The notes under the pieces are model-generated. The model saw only the letters and a list, made by a program, of their open reading frames with translations, had not been told where the DNA came from and did no database searches. From assembly GCA_963699755.1 (NCBI GenBank), contig CAVOVB010000002.1, forward strand, positions 416,001 through 480,000: 64,000 bases of DNA. The letters are read 5' to 3'. Every line of letters starts with the position of its first letter. Positions within the stretch are counted from its first letter, which is position 1. Source of the DNA: an uncultured delta proteobacterium. Lineage in GTDB: Bacteria; Myxococcota_A; Polyangia; Polyangiales; Houyiibacteriaceae. The translations under genes were made by a program, and so were the position numbers. Below, piece after piece: positions 21,301-31,382 of the stretch.

Positions 21301-22615
21301 GGCGTCTGGTCCTACGACTGCAGCCCAACTCGGAAGCCTGCTCGGCTTGGATTCGGGTCTGGTCGACGCTGCCCTGGGCGCGCTCGAGGGAGAAGGCTTC
21401 GTCCTTCGGGGAACGTTCACACCAGGGTCGACCGATGCCGAATGGTGCGAACGCGGTCTGCTCGCGCGCATCCACCGCTACACCCTCAACCGGCTGCGCA
21501 GCGAAATCGAAGCGGTATCGGCTGGAGACTACATCCGCTTCCTGCTGGACTGGCAGCACGCCGCGCCTCGCGCCCGGATGGTAGGCCCCGAAGGCCTGGC
21601 CGCGATCATCGAACAGCTCGAAGGCATGGAAGCCGGGGCGGCGGCCTGGGAAGCCGACCTCCTGCCTGTCCGGATGGAAGGCTACGACCCGACCTGGCTC
21701 GATCAGCTCTGCATCTCCGGCAGAGTGACCTGGAGCCGGCGGACCCCGCCAACGGGCCGCGCATCGAGCCCGATCCGCACTAGCCCGATCGCGTTCTGCC
21801 GCCGAGAGCACCTGCGCACTTGGCGCTTCTGCTCGCTGTCTGAGGAGCCCTTCTCCGCGGATGCCACGCTTGCGCTGCGGATGCTTCGAGACTCGGGGGC
21901 GAGCTTCTTCGACGACATCGTGCACCAAACCGGCCTCCTTCCGACACAGGCGGAGGTCGCGCTCGGCGAGCTCGTCTCACTTGGCCTGGTGACCGCAGAT
22001 GGCTTCACCGGCTTGCGCGCGCTGCTCGCACCCGGTCCCAAGCGTCCGCGTCCGGGTCGACGCGCGGTAGCGGGCTACAGCATGGAAGCTGCGGGCCGAT
22101 GGACCGTCTTGCCGGACACTGTGGAGGAGCACGACGTGGAGAGCGTCGCCTGGACGCTGCTTCGCCGCTGGGGCGTCGTGTTTCGCCGTCTTCTCGATCG
22201 CGAAGGCGACCTACCGCCCTGGTACGTCTTGTTGCGGGTGTACCGGCGGCTCGAGGCGCAGGGTAGAGTTCGCGGTGGTCGATTCGTTGCCGGTTTCGCA
22301 GGAGAGCAGTACGCCCTACCCGAGGCGGTCACCGCGCTTCGCAAGGCACGCCGCGAGGGCAAGACGGGCGAGCTGGTTTCGATCAGCGCGGCCGACCCGC
22401 TCAACCTGATCGGCATCCTCACCCCCGGACATCGCGTCCCTGCGACCCCCAAGAACCGGGTGCTCTTTCGCGACGGAATTCCAATCGCCTTCCGCGAAGG
22501 CAGCGAAACGCAGTTCTTGGGGGATCCGGCGGCCGAACGTTGGGCGCTCAGTCAAGCGCTCGGACGGCAACCGATGCCTCGAAGCGTTCGCGCATATCTC
22601 GGAAATCGTCCGTAG
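18332..22615 (+). CDS. lhr: Lhr-family ATP-dependent helicase, long form
   Basis: [23 protein letters not shown]-terminal [15 protein letters not shown]. Confidence 0.95.
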   Translation: MALPGFHPAVATWFDRTFGAPTPPQIEGWPAIREGEHTLIASPTGSGKTLAAFLCAIDDLVQRGLREGLEDRVSILYISPLKALGNDIERNLQAPLEGIRATLAELGYDDVEIRTAVRTGDTPSQMRTKMVKRPPQIFVTTPESLYILLTSEGGRRMLSNVRTVIVDEIHAVVTNKRGAHLALSLERLEALVGHDITRIGLSATQNPIDEVARFLVGMRGSNCNADDGPRCRIVDVGHQREMDLAVELPDSPLETVMSLEVWEEIYAKLAALIESHRTTLIFVNTRRLAERVTRHLSEIIGEGAVASHHGSLARAHRLDAERRLRSGELRAVVATASLELGIDVGDVDLVCQLGSPHSVATFLQRVGRSGHWHGGTPKGRLFPMSRDDLVECAALMRCVQRGELDRIQIPDGPLDILAQQIVASSAATESWSEDELFALIRRAWPYRDLGKDTFAKVLRVLSEGFATSRGRRGAFLHHDEVNRRIRPRRSARLTAITNGGAIPDNFDYEVRLEPEGLRIGSVNEDFAIESMAGDIFQLGNVSYRILRVEPGVLRVADAKGQPPMLPFWFGEAPSRADLLSRSVDAIRRGIEERHRDLEEVGDWLETETGVGRLAAQQLAEYLVASRMALGTMPTRETLVLERFFDETGAMHLIVHSPFGSRINRAWGLSLRKRFCRSFNVELQAAATEDAIVLSLGPTHSFPLEDVFRFLRAENVRDVLVQALLDAPMFQTRWRWNVTRALAVARFRAGKKVPPPFQRMQADDLLALCFPDQVACLENVAGDREVPDHPLVRQTIEDCLHEAMDIDGLEALLERLHAGELKLVARDLTEPSPLAQEILTAKPYAFLDDAPLEERRTQAVMSRRWLDPRRASDLGALDAAAIDRVRSEAWPEPRGAEEMHDALLLHNCVTEEEAARGDWLRWLLELVEAGRATRFVSGRRTLWTAAERLPLLQAAWPDGRAETQVQVPERHRNEPWTREDAARGIVQGRLQASGPTTAAQLGSLLGLDSGLVDAALGALEGEGFVLRGTFTPGSTDAEWCERGLLARIHRYTLNRLRSEIEAVSAGDYIRFLLDWQHAAPRARMVGPEGLAAIIEQLEGMEAGAAAWEADLLPVRMEGYDPTWLDQLCISGRVTWSRRTPPTGRASSPIRTSPIAFCRREHLRTWRFCSLSEEPFSADATLALRMLRDSGASFFDDIVHQTGLLPTQAEVALGELVSLGLVTADGFTGLRALLAPGPKRPRPGRRAVAGYSMEAAGRWTVLPDTVEEHDVESVAWTLLRRWGVVFRRLLDREGDLPPWYVLLRVYRRLEAQGRVRGGRFVAGFAGEQYALPEAVTALRKARREGKTGELVSISAADPLNLIGILTPGHRVPATPKNRVLFRDGIPIAFREGSETQFLGDPAAERWALSQALGRQPMPRSVRAYLGNRP

Positions 22616-22669
22616 CCGTCTCGTTCCCCGGCAAAGTCATGTCCCTACCGGCAGTAGGGAGTCGGTGGT

Positions 22670-23890
22670 ATGACCCGGCAAATCATGGCCGACTCGCTGG
22701 ACAGATGCTTTTCCGAAGCCACGATCAATGGCCTCACTCTGCGAAACCGGCTCATCAAGGCCGCGACCTTCGAAGGCAAATCGCCCGGCGGAGTGCCAAG
22801 CCAGGCGCTGATCGAGTTTCACCAGCGCATCGGCCAGGGCGGCATCGGCATGACGAACATCGCATACTGCGCAGCCGAGGCCGACGGACGCATCCATGAA
22901 AACATGATGTACATGCATGAAGGGATCCGGCCGGAGCTCGAGCGGTTCATCCGTACCGTGAAAACGACCGGCGCGAAGGTCTGCGGCCAGCTTGGACACT
23001 GCGGCGGATTCACCAAGAACAAGGAGTTCAGCCGAAGGCGACCTCTGGGCCCTTCAAAGGGAATCAATCCCCTCGGGCTCACCCACGGCCTCTCTCGCAT
23101 TGCGGAAATGACCAAGCCGCAGATCCGCGAACGCGTGCGAATCATGGGACGGGCTGCAGCTTTCATGAAGTCGGTTGGTTTCGATGCGATCGAAATCCAC
23201 TTCGGCCACGGCTATGGCATCAGCCAGTTCATCAGCCCGAAAACCAACAAGCGCAAAGACGAGTACGGAGGCAGCCTTCGCGACCGGATGCGGTTCGCAT
23301 TGGAAGTGCTCGATGAATGCCGGACGAATGTCGGCGACAATTTCCCGCTCCTGGGCAAGATCAGCATGACCGACGGCGTACCAGGGGGTGTGAGCTATGA
23401 CGACTCCGTGGAGATCGCGGCCATGCTGGAAGCCGGCGGCCTCGACGTGATCATTTGCAGTGGCGGCACGAGCAGCATGAACCCCATGCTCCTGTTTCGA
23501 GGCGCCAGCATGGTCCCCGGCCTCGTCAGGCACGAGAAGAGCCGGCTCATGAAGATCGGGATTCGTTTAGCCGCGCCGATCATGTTCAAAGACTATCCGT
23601 ACGAAGAGATGTATTTCCTCCAGCACGCCCAGCGGATCCGCGACCGCGTGCAGTGTGGCGTCTGCTACATCGGCGGTGTTTGCACCAACGAGAGCATTCG
23701 TACGCTGATGGACGCCGGCTTCGACTTCATTCAGCTCGGCAGGGCGCTGATTTTCGACCCTGATTTTCCGAAGCAGGCCCGGGAACGGACGAGCTACAAG
23801 AACGGATGTAGCCACTGCAATCAGTGCGCGACCTTGATCGAAGCGCCTGGCGGCATCTACTGCGTCGAGCGCCCTGCGAACTTCAGCTGA
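22670..23890 (+). CDS. NADH:flavin oxidoreductase (OYE family)
   Basis: LRNRLIKAAT, EIHFGHGY, NKRKDEYGGS, C-terminal CxxCxxC...C. Confidence 0.9.
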   Translation: MTRQIMADSLDRCFSEATINGLTLRNRLIKAATFEGKSPGGVPSQALIEFHQRIGQGGIGMTNIAYCAAEADGRIHENMMYMHEGIRPELERFIRTVKTTGAKVCGQLGHCGGFTKNKEFSRRRPLGPSKGINPLGLTHGLSRIAEMTKPQIRERVRIMGRAAAFMKSVGFDAIEIHFGHGYGISQFISPKTNKRKDEYGGSLRDRMRFALEVLDECRTNVGDNFPLLGKISMTDGVPGGVSYDDSVEIAAMLEAGGLDVIICSGGTSSMNPMLLFRGASMVPGLVRHEKSRLMKIGIRLAAPIMFKDYPYEEMYFLQHAQRIRDRVQCGVCYIGGVCTNESIRTLMDAGFDFIQLGRALIFDPDFPKQARERTSYKNGCSHCNQCATLIEAPGGIYCVERPANFS

Positions 23891-23901
23891 GAGGAATTAC
23901 G

Positions 23902-24678
23902 ATGTGCGGATTGAACGTCTGCGTCGAGGGCGCAGTCGCTAGGGTCGTCTTCGACCGACCGAAGGCGCTCAACGCGCTCACGCCAGACATGTTGGGTGAG
24001 CTCATCGAGGTCTGCGAGGAGCTCGGCAAGAACGACGCCGTAAAAGTCGTCGTTTTCACGGGTGCGGGCAACTGCTTCTCCGCGGGCGCGGACCTACCCG
24101 CCTTCCTGCCCCTGTTGTCCGGCCCCGATGCTCGCGCCACGGCGGACCTTGGCCGGCGAACGACCAACGCCGTCGCCGAGCTCCCCAAGATCACGGTCGC
24201 GGCAGTTCGCGGGCACTGCGTTGGAGGCGCGCTCGTGCTCGCCGGCGCTTGCGACCTCCGCGTTGCCGCAAGCGATGCCCGCTTCATGATCCCGGAGCTC
24301 GACGCCGGGATTCCGCTCGGCTGGGGTGCCATGGAGCACCTCATTCGACTCGTCGGCACAACGCTGGCGGCCGATCTAGTCTTTAGCAGCCGGCCCCTCG
24401 GTCCCGAAGAAGCACTGCGCCGTGGATTGGTGAGCCAGGTTTTCTCGATCGATCGCTTCGAGGTTGAGCTCGAAACCCTGCTGAGCAACATCGTGCGCAA
24501 GCCCAAGATCGTGCTCCGGATCACCAAACGACAGATCCTCGCGATTCGCGATGGTAGCTTCGACCCTCGCGAAGACGCTGACGCCATGCTTTCGTCATTG
24601 AAGGATCCCGAGGCGATGAAGGCAGGCCTGGAATACATCTCAGAGCATATTCAGAGAAAAAGGGGCGCCGGCAGCTGA
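23902..24678 (+). CDS. Enoyl-CoA hydratase/isomerase
   Basis: RPKALNAL, FSAGADL, GHCVGG, ACDLR, PE. Confidence 0.9.
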   Translation: MCGLNVCVEGAVARVVFDRPKALNALTPDMLGELIEVCEELGKNDAVKVVVFTGAGNCFSAGADLPAFLPLLSGPDARATADLGRRTTNAVAELPKITVAAVRGHCVGGALVLAGACDLRVAASDARFMIPELDAGIPLGWGAMEHLIRLVGTTLAADLVFSSRPLGPEEALRRGLVSQVFSIDRFEVELETLLSNIVRKPKIVLRITKRQILAIRDGSFDPREDADAMLSSLKDPEAMKAGLEYISEHIQRKRGAGS

Positions 24679-24859
24679 TGGACGACTCGCCTCAGCGATG
24701 CAGCCCTGGCCTCAGGGCGAGCGAACGCAGTCGTAGCTGCGCGAGCGGAACGCGCGATCAAGCGGCCAGGAAGGCTTCCTGCACGCGAATCAGGCCCGCT
24801 ACCTAGCCGAAACGCCAAAGTCTCGCGTCTCTATGCCATTGCGTCTATCATCGGTCGCG

Positions 24860-26023
24860 ATGTTTCCCTCGCCTGGTGGCGCCTGTCCCCCGCCAGAAGA
24901 GCTCTTTGCGGGGCGCTATGCGGTCGATGGCCTCCTGCCTTGGGGTGGCGTGGCTTCGTACTACCGTGCGTCTTCCGAAGGCACGCCCCTGATCCTTTGC
25001 GTCTTGCCAATCGACCTGAGCCGTTCGCATCGCGCCGAGGCTGCGTTCTCCCATCTGGCGCACGGCCTCGGGTCGATCCGCGCTCGCGCCGTTCCTCCGA
25101 TCCTCGACGCTGGCATCATCGACGGGGTTCCCTACCTGGCCTTTCAGGACACGAGGGGCACCCCCCTGAGCAAGCTCCTGCAGGAACGTCCGCTGAGCTC
25201 ACTCACCGTGCTTCGCCTAGCTTCCGAAGTCCTCGACGCCCTCGGCGCGGCGCACGCCCAGAGCCTGGTGCACGGAGACCTCACGCCGCAGAACATTGTC
25301 GTCACCCGAACGCGAGACGGTCGGCTCGGCGCGCGATTGATCGGCCTGGGGATGGTTCCTCTCATCCGTTCCTTTCCCGAGGCGAGCCCTCACGCAGCCC
25401 ACAGCGGCTCAGGCCAAGATGCGGTCGCCTACATGGCCCCCGAGATCTTCGGTGACGCGAAGATCGCCCCCTCCGCGGACCTGTATTCCGTAGGGGCGTT
25501 GCTCCACCACATGGTGACCGGTTCTCCGCCGGTAGGCTGGGAAGCCGGCGACGGGTTTGACGACGTCCCCGGCCTGCCGGATGTGATCACGCGGGCCATG
25601 TCGAGACAAGCACAGAAGCGATACGCGGACGCAGCTGCGATGCGAGGTGCGCTCGAGTGGCTCGAAGTCATCTCCGCCGAGCAGAACCCGCAAACCCAAG
25701 ACATCGCACCCTGGATGGAGACCTCACAGATCGGCTCCATTCCCGTCCCTTCTCTCGCGTCGACTCTTCCACCCGCGCTCGTGACGAGCAGCCACCCGCC
25801 CGGGACAATCCTCAGTACCTCGGGCGCTCGTCCCATCCCCGTCCAACCCGTTCACGTGCAGGAGCTCGGGTCCGACAGCAACACGCGCTGGCGCCAAATA
25901 GCCCTGCTCTTGATTCTGCTCGGTAGCCTCGTCGTCTCGGGGTACTGGTGGAAATCCGAGCGCAGCCCAAACGCGACGGCGCTTCCCTTGAGCCTCGATC
26001 CTGGCGGGGAATATGGTCAATAG
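24860..26023 (+). CDS. Hanks-type Ser/Thr kinase-like protein (probable pseudokinase) with C-terminal TM
   Basis: HGDLTPQN, YMAPE, ADLYSVG retained; VAIK Lys and DFG absent; start may be 24833. Confidence 0.8.
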   Translation: MFPSPGGACPPPEELFAGRYAVDGLLPWGGVASYYRASSEGTPLILCVLPIDLSRSHRAEAAFSHLAHGLGSIRARAVPPILDAGIIDGVPYLAFQDTRGTPLSKLLQERPLSSLTVLRLASEVLDALGAAHAQSLVHGDLTPQNIVVTRTRDGRLGARLIGLGMVPLIRSFPEASPHAAHSGSGQDAVAYMAPEIFGDAKIAPSADLYSVGALLHHMVTGSPPVGWEAGDGFDDVPGLPDVITRAMSRQAQKRYADAAAMRGALEWLEVISAEQNPQTQDIAPWMETSQIGSIPVPSLASTLPPALVTSSHPPGTILSTSGARPIPVQPVHVQELGSDSNTRWRQIALLLILLGSLVVSGYWWKSERSPNATALPLSLDPGGEYGQ

Positions 26024-26582
26024 CTCGCCCCAATCCAAGCCGACCGACGAAGAGCTGATGGATGCCTACGTCGATGGTGACCAGGCCGCGTTTCGACTCT
26101 TGTTCGAACGGTACGCGCCCATCCTCCTTCGCCTCACGCGCCGACACCTTCGCGACGAAGAGCTCGCCGAAGAGATCGTCCAGCAAACCTTCTTCCGACT
26201 GCACGGTGCGCGGAACGACTTCCAACGCGGCTCCAAGCTGCGCCCGTGGATCATGACCATCGCGATGAACCTCGTTCGGGAGCACTGGCGGCGCAGCAAG
26301 CGGCGCAAAATGACGAGCCTAGAGACCGAGACGCAGGCCGCCCCGGAAGCGGATTTCATGCCGCTCGAGCTCCGGCAGCGCTCCGAGCTCCTTCACGTGG
26401 CACTCGAAAAGCTCCCGACGAGCCAGCGCGAGGTCGTCGAGCTTCATTGGTTTCAAGAGCGCCCATACGCGGAAGTCGCTGAAATTGTGGGCACTTCCGA
26501 GGGGGCCGTACGCGTTCGCGCACATCGTGCGTATGCAACTTTGAAACAATTGTTGGTCTTGGAAATACGTGGTGATGAATGA
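26013..26582 (+). CDS. ECF sigma-70 factor
   Basis: TDEELM, AEEIVQQTF, WIMTIAMN, YAEVAEIVG.SEGAVRVRAHRA. Confidence 0.95.
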   Translation: MVNSSPQSKPTDEELMDAYVDGDQAAFRLLFERYAPILLRLTRRHLRDEELAEEIVQQTFFRLHGARNDFQRGSKLRPWIMTIAMNLVREHWRRSKRRKMTSLETETQAAPEADFMPLELRQRSELLHVALEKLPTSQREVVELHWFQERPYAEVAEIVGTSEGAVRVRAHRAYATLKQLLVLEIRGDE

Positions 26583-27301
26583 CTAGTGGCAGCAACAGAC
26601 CCGACGCCGGTCTCGGCGAGCGCTTGCGCGAGCTCGATGCGCTCGAAACGCCGGGCAACGGCGAGCTGATCGATCGCATGTTCGCCGAGATGAAAGCGCG
26701 GTGCGACAGGAGCGACCATTCGATTCGCGGCTTTTTGCGAAGTCGTTCGACGCTGGCGCGCCGCCTAATCGTCCTAGGTGTGTTCTCGATGCTTGCCATT
26801 GTGGGCTGGTTCGCATTCCCCTTGGTGGACGACCAAGCTCGCACGATGCAATGGACAGCCAGCCTGGTGACTTTCTCTGTCCTTCTGCTGATCGCGATGT
26901 TGATGGTGACTCGCCCCGTGCACCTTCCAGCACTTCCGCATTGGCAGTCGGTCTGCTTGGTTTGCATCGCGCTCGGTGCAAGCGTCGTGGCCGCGTTCTG
27001 GCCCTCCGGCGCTGCCGAGGCTGCTGCGCAAGCTCCCACAGGCAGCATCATGGCCGGTGTGTGCATGGGGGCCGGGTTGCTGCTCGGAATTCCAGTCTAC
27101 GCCTTGCTGCGCCTGGTCGATCGCGGCAACGCGCTCGGAAGCCTCATCGCTGCGGCGGCCGCGGGCCTCGCAGGAAACTTCGTGCTCAAAGCGCATTGCA
27201 GCGTCCCAGGCACCTCACACGAGCTCCTGGGCCATGCGTCGGTCGCGGTCTTGTTCGTGGTGGGTTTGGGCTTGGTTCATCGCTTCGCTCCTGGGAAATA
27301 G
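26579..27301 (+). CDS. Multi-TM anti-sigma factor, NrsF/DUF1109-like
   Basis: About 6 TM helices, conserved-style Cys pair (GVC, AHC) and H..GH; overlaps the ECF stop. Confidence 0.7.
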   Translation: MTSGSNRPDAGLGERLRELDALETPGNGELIDRMFAEMKARCDRSDHSIRGFLRSRSTLARRLIVLGVFSMLAIVGWFAFPLVDDQARTMQWTASLVTFSVLLLIAMLMVTRPVHLPALPHWQSVCLVCIALGASVVAAFWPSGAAEAAAQAPTGSIMAGVCMGAGLLLGIPVYALLRLVDRGNALGSLIAAAAAGLAGNFVLKAHCSVPGTSHELLGHASVAVLFVVGLGLVHRFAPGK

Positions 27302-27378
27302 CCCGCATCGCAGCGCGAGCAGGTTCCCTACTCCCTCGAGCGAAAAAACGGGTATGCTTTCGCCGCCGAGGAGGATCT

Positions 27379-28734
27379 GTGAGCGAAGAGCTGCGTCGAG
27401 ACTTCAACGAGAAGGGCATCAGGAAGGTCAAGGTTGGTGGTTTCGACGTGGACGGGCTGCTGCGCGGCAAGTACATCAGCCTCGAGAAGTTCTGGTCGGC
27501 CCTCGAGAAAGGCTTCGGCTTCTGCGATGTAGTTTTCGGCTGGGATGTCTGCGACCAGCTCTATGACAACGCAGAGGTGACCGGCTGGAAGACCGGCTAC
27601 CCCGATGCCTTGGCCCGAATCGATGCATCGACCTTTCGCATTCTCCCGGATGCCCCCGACACCGCGAGCTTCATCGTCGACTTCTACACCCGGGACGGCG
27701 AGCCTCACCCCGCGTGCCCGCGGAATTTACTCAAGCGCGTGACCAAGAAGGCCGAGGATGCAGGCTTCAAGGCCAAGTTCTCCGCCGAGTTCGAGTTCTG
27801 GGTGTTTCGAGAGACTCCGCAATCACTCCACAAGAAGGATTTTCGCAATCTGGAGCCATTGAGCCCAGGAATGTTCGGTTACTCCTGGTTGCGTGCCGGC
27901 CAGCATCAAACTCTGGTCGATGACATCTTGGACAGCTGCGCCGCGTACGACATCGAGATCGAAGGGATCCACACCGAAACGGGCCCGGGGGTCTGGGAAG
28001 CGGCGCTGCTCTACGACGATGTGCTCCCCGCCGCCGACAAAGCGGCGCTGTTCAAGACGATGCTCAAGCAGATCTGCGCGCGCCACGACCTCACGGTCAC
28101 GTTCATGGCCAAGTGGAATGCGGACCTGCCAGGCTCGAGCGGCCATATTCATCAAAGCCTTTGGGACTCAGGTGAACAAATCAATCTCTTTGCCGCGGCA
28201 GGAAGCGACGCCTTGAGCAGGATCGGGTTTCACTACCTCGGAGGCCTGGTTACACTCGCGCCGGAGCTCACCGCGCTCTATTCACCCTTGGTGAACAGCT
28301 ACAAACGCTATGTCCCTGGCGTTTGGGCGCCCCTGAACGCTTCCTGGGGAATCGAAAACAGAACCTGCGGATCGCGCGTCATCCTCGGCCCGAGCGATCA
28401 CACGACCCGAATCGAATTCCGGCAGACCGCTGCGGATATCAATCCATACGTCGCGATGGCGGCATGCCTAGGCTCGGGTCTCTATGGAATTGCCGAGAAC
28501 ATCGAGCCGCCTGCGATGACCACGGGCGACGCGACCCGTGAGAGCGATCCGGTGCTCGGCCTTCCGCCCACGCTCGAAGCTGCGGTCGAACGCCTTCGGG
28601 GCAGCGAGGCCGCGCGGGTGGCGCTCGGTGACGATTTCGTCGACCACTTCATCCGCACGCGCGACTGGGAGTGCCGCGAATACCGAAAGGCCGTGAGCGA
28701 CTGGGAGCTCCGCCGTTACTTCGAGGCGGTTTGA
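27379..28734 (+). CDS. Glutamine synthetase family (gamma-glutamyl-amine ligase type)
   Basis: DVDGLLRGK, HTETGPG..E, TFMAK, GSSGHIHQSL, RIEFR; GAGGAGG RBS before GTG 27379. Confidence 0.9.
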   Translation: MSEELRRDFNEKGIRKVKVGGFDVDGLLRGKYISLEKFWSALEKGFGFCDVVFGWDVCDQLYDNAEVTGWKTGYPDALARIDASTFRILPDAPDTASFIVDFYTRDGEPHPACPRNLLKRVTKKAEDAGFKAKFSAEFEFWVFRETPQSLHKKDFRNLEPLSPGMFGYSWLRAGQHQTLVDDILDSCAAYDIEIEGIHTETGPGVWEAALLYDDVLPAADKAALFKTMLKQICARHDLTVTFMAKWNADLPGSSGHIHQSLWDSGEQINLFAAAGSDALSRIGFHYLGGLVTLAPELTALYSPLVNSYKRYVPGVWAPLNASWGIENRTCGSRVILGPSDHTTRIEFRQTAADINPYVAMAACLGSGLYGIAENIEPPAMTTGDATRESDPVLGLPPTLEAAVERLRGSEAARVALGDDFVDHFIRTRDWECREYRKAVSDWELRRYFEAV

Positions 28735-28743
28735 GGTATCTCG

Positions 28744-30450
28744 ATGCTGAAACGCTTTCTATCGGAACGCCCTCTGCGCCTGCCGCATCTCAAACCGTAC
28801 GTCCCACGGCCTAGCGATCCGTCGATCTTCTGGTTCAATAGTGAGCGCGACGATGTCGTCTCGGACGTCGTCAACCGGATCTGCGTGACTCATGAGACGG
28901 ACCGCACTCGCTTGGAAATGGCGCTCAACGATGCCGCCTTCCATGAAATCAGGCGGCTCGAGAAACAGCGCGATGACGAGGCGCGCGACCGACTAGGATA
29001 TTGGCGCTCGATGATTCGCCGCATCGGCAAGATGGACGATGCCGAACAGCGGCGGGTCTTGCACACGATCGTCACCAACATGGCCCGCGACATCGCCGGC
29101 AACTTCGATCCGAGGGTCTATCGTTTTGCCCGCAAGGCTGCGCCGCGCTTGATCGGTGGCGTCATGGAGCCGCGGCGCCTGACCGAGGGCCTGGCGGCTG
29201 GCTCCGCTGCTTCGCTCGACCGAGTCCTCAGAGTCCAGGGCGACCTGGACCACCTCCGCAATCTGCAAGATCGCGGGACCCTGGTCTTCGTGCCCACGCA
29301 TTCCTCGAACCTCGATTCGATCGTGCTCTCCCAGGCTCTCGAGATCTCCGGCCTGCCACCCGTCATTTACGGCGCAGGCAAGAACCTCTTCACCAACCCG
29401 ATCATCAGCTTTTTCATGCACAACTTGGGTGCCTACCGCGTCGATCGGCGGATCCGGGTGAGCTTATATAAGGACGTATTGAAACTGTACTCGCAGGTGA
29501 TGATCGAGCGGGGTTATCACTCGCTTTTCTTCCCCGGAGGCACACGAAGTCGCTCAGGCATGATCGAGCGCCGGCTCAAGCTGGGTCTGCTCGGCTCGGC
29601 AGTCGAGGCGTTCACCACCAATCGGGTGCGCCGCATCGACCGCCCGGTTTGGTTTGTCCCAACCACCATCAACTACGCGCTGGTTCTGGAGGCGGAAACC
29701 CTCATCCGGGACTGGCTCACCGAGGAAGGGCAAGCCCGTTACATCATCGAGGACGATGAGTTCTCGCGGATCGATCGCTGGTTCGCGTTCTTCCGAAAGA
29801 TGGTGGGGATGCGGGGCAGCTGCATCATTCGCTTTGGTGAGCCCATCGACCCGTTTGGCAATGGAGTCGACGCTCGTGGCGGGTCATTGACACCGACTGG
29901 GCGCTCGATCGATGCGGGCGGCTACGTCGAACGGCGGGGAGTGGCTGTGATCGACCCGGAACGGGACGCGGCCTACACGCGGGAGCTCGGTGAGGTTCTC
30001 GCGCAACGCTACGAAGAGGATACGGTGGTGATGAGCACCCAGGTCGTCGCTCATGTGCTCTTTCGAGATTTCGTACAATCGACCCTCGGAATGGATCTCT
30101 TCGCGCGCTTGCGACTCCGAGGCGAAGTCGGAGTCGACTCCGAGGCGCTTTGCCGCGAGCTCGCCGAAGCGCGCGATCGTCTTCTCGCGCTCGAAGCCCA
30201 AGGTCGGGTCCGCACGAGCGAGGTGGTCAAGGAAGATAGCCCTGCTGAGCTGCTCGACCGCGCGTTGGGCTTCTGGAACGGCTACCACGATTCCACGGCC
30301 GCAAAGCGCGAAGGAAACCGAATCATCATTGGGGACCCGTCGCTACTGCTGTACTACCAGAACCGCCTGGTGCCGTTTGCCGAGGCCATCACCAACCCCG
30401 AACGACTGGACGCGGCTTGCGAAATCGCGAAGCTGGGGGTCGACCGATGA
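28744..30450 (+). CDS. PlsB/GNPAT-like glycerol-phosphate acyltransferase
   Basis: HX4D (HSSNLD), AGKNL, FFPGGTRSRSG. Confidence 0.85.
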   Translation: MLKRFLSERPLRLPHLKPYVPRPSDPSIFWFNSERDDVVSDVVNRICVTHETDRTRLEMALNDAAFHEIRRLEKQRDDEARDRLGYWRSMIRRIGKMDDAEQRRVLHTIVTNMARDIAGNFDPRVYRFARKAAPRLIGGVMEPRRLTEGLAAGSAASLDRVLRVQGDLDHLRNLQDRGTLVFVPTHSSNLDSIVLSQALEISGLPPVIYGAGKNLFTNPIISFFMHNLGAYRVDRRIRVSLYKDVLKLYSQVMIERGYHSLFFPGGTRSRSGMIERRLKLGLLGSAVEAFTTNRVRRIDRPVWFVPTTINYALVLEAETLIRDWLTEEGQARYIIEDDEFSRIDRWFAFFRKMVGMRGSCIIRFGEPIDPFGNGVDARGGSLTPTGRSIDAGGYVERRGVAVIDPERDAAYTRELGEVLAQRYEEDTVVMSTQVVAHVLFRDFVQSTLGMDLFARLRLRGEVGVDSEALCRELAEARDRLLALEAQGRVRTSEVVKEDSPAELLDRALGFWNGYHDSTAAKREGNRIIIGDPSLLLYYQNRLVPFAEAITNPERLDAACEIAKLGVDR

Positions 30451-31382
30451 ATCTTCGAATCGGCGTGGTCGGCGCGGGTGGCTTCGGACGGGCCATCGCA
30501 CAGGCGTCCGCGCGGCATGGGCACGAGGTCGTGCTCTGGAGTCGAAAAGATCGCGAGCTACCCGCTCCAATCCGGACGTCGACCGAGATCATCTCGATTC
30601 GGGATTGTGAATTGGTCTTCATGGCTGTACCCGCCCGTCACGCTGTCGGGGCCGCAGAGCGGTTGGGAGAGGTCGTCGACGGACGGCATTCGATGGTTCA
30701 CATCAGTCGGGGGTTGATCGGGCCGGAGCTCAAGACGATCAGCAAAGTGATTCGCGAGAAGACCGTATGCCGGCGTCTAGGTGCCCTAGCAGGGCCATTG
30801 GTGGCAGACGCCTTGGCCGAGGGGCGCCCGAGCGGGGCGATTCTAGGAACCAGATTCCCCGAGGTCACCGAGATGGTTCGCGAGGCATTGGGAGGCTCAG
30901 AGCTTCGCGTCTATGAAACGCCGGACGTGATCGGAGTGGAGCTCGCGAGCGCTACCGTCGGCTTCCTGACCGTCGTCCTCGCCTGTGCCCAAGAGCTGGG
31001 CGTCGGACCGAGCACGCTGGCGGTCCTTGCGACGCGCGGCATGGCCGAAGTGTCCCGCATCGGGCAAACATTGGGAGCCAAGGAGTCCACGTTCATGGGC
31101 CTTGCGGGTCTTGGCGACCTGATCGCGGCCGTGGCAGGAGACGATCGTCCTGAGGTCCGGCTGGGCCGCGCGTTGGCCAGAGGCGCGCAGCTCAGTAGAG
31201 CGGTCGGCGCAGCCGGTGCGTACATCGAAGGCATCGAGGTTGCAGTCCAAATGATGGAGCACGCGAGGCGCCTCGGGCTGGAGACGCCGATTTCGTCTAC
31301 CTTTGCTGCCCTTTCACAGGGCCAGATCAGCTCGGATGATGCTATTCGAGCGCTCATGGAGAGGCGCGTAGGCAAGGAATGA
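30447..31382 (+). CDS. GpsA-like NAD(P)-binding protein with degenerate active site
   Basis: GAGGFG, DVIGVEL, TFMGLAGLGDL, EG; the KN and SRN motifs are missing. Confidence 0.8.
   Translation: MNLRIGVVGAGGFGRAIAQASARHGHEVVLWSRKDRELPAPIRTSTEIISIRDCELVFMAVPARHAVGAAERLGEVVDGRHSMVHISRGLIGPELKTISKVIREKTVCRRLGALAGPLVADALAEGRPSGAILGTRFPEVTEMVREALGGSELRVYETPDVIGVELASATVGFLTVVLACAQELGVGPSTLAVLATRGMAEVSRIGQTLGAKESTFMGLAGLGDLIAAVAGDDRPEVRLGRALARGAQLSRAVGAAGAYIEGIEVAVQMMEHARRLGLETPISSTFAALSQGQISSDDAIRALMERRVGKE

Noticed and set aside
12491..21928. Long antisense ORFs (12491..13678, 13536..15068, 20414..21928)
   Set aside because: Shadows of well-supported genes; expected with GC-rich codon usage; no motifs
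18332..22615. Lhr helicase as part of the flotillin system or a defence island
   Set aside because: It has its own -10-like box, a hairpin separates it from the upstream gene, and no defence genes are adjacent; ordinary long-form Lhr
26701..27378. Apparent 226-aa N-terminal extension of the glutamine synthetase-like ORF
   Set aside because: Overlaps the anti-sigma gene in another frame; a strong RBS supports GTG 27379
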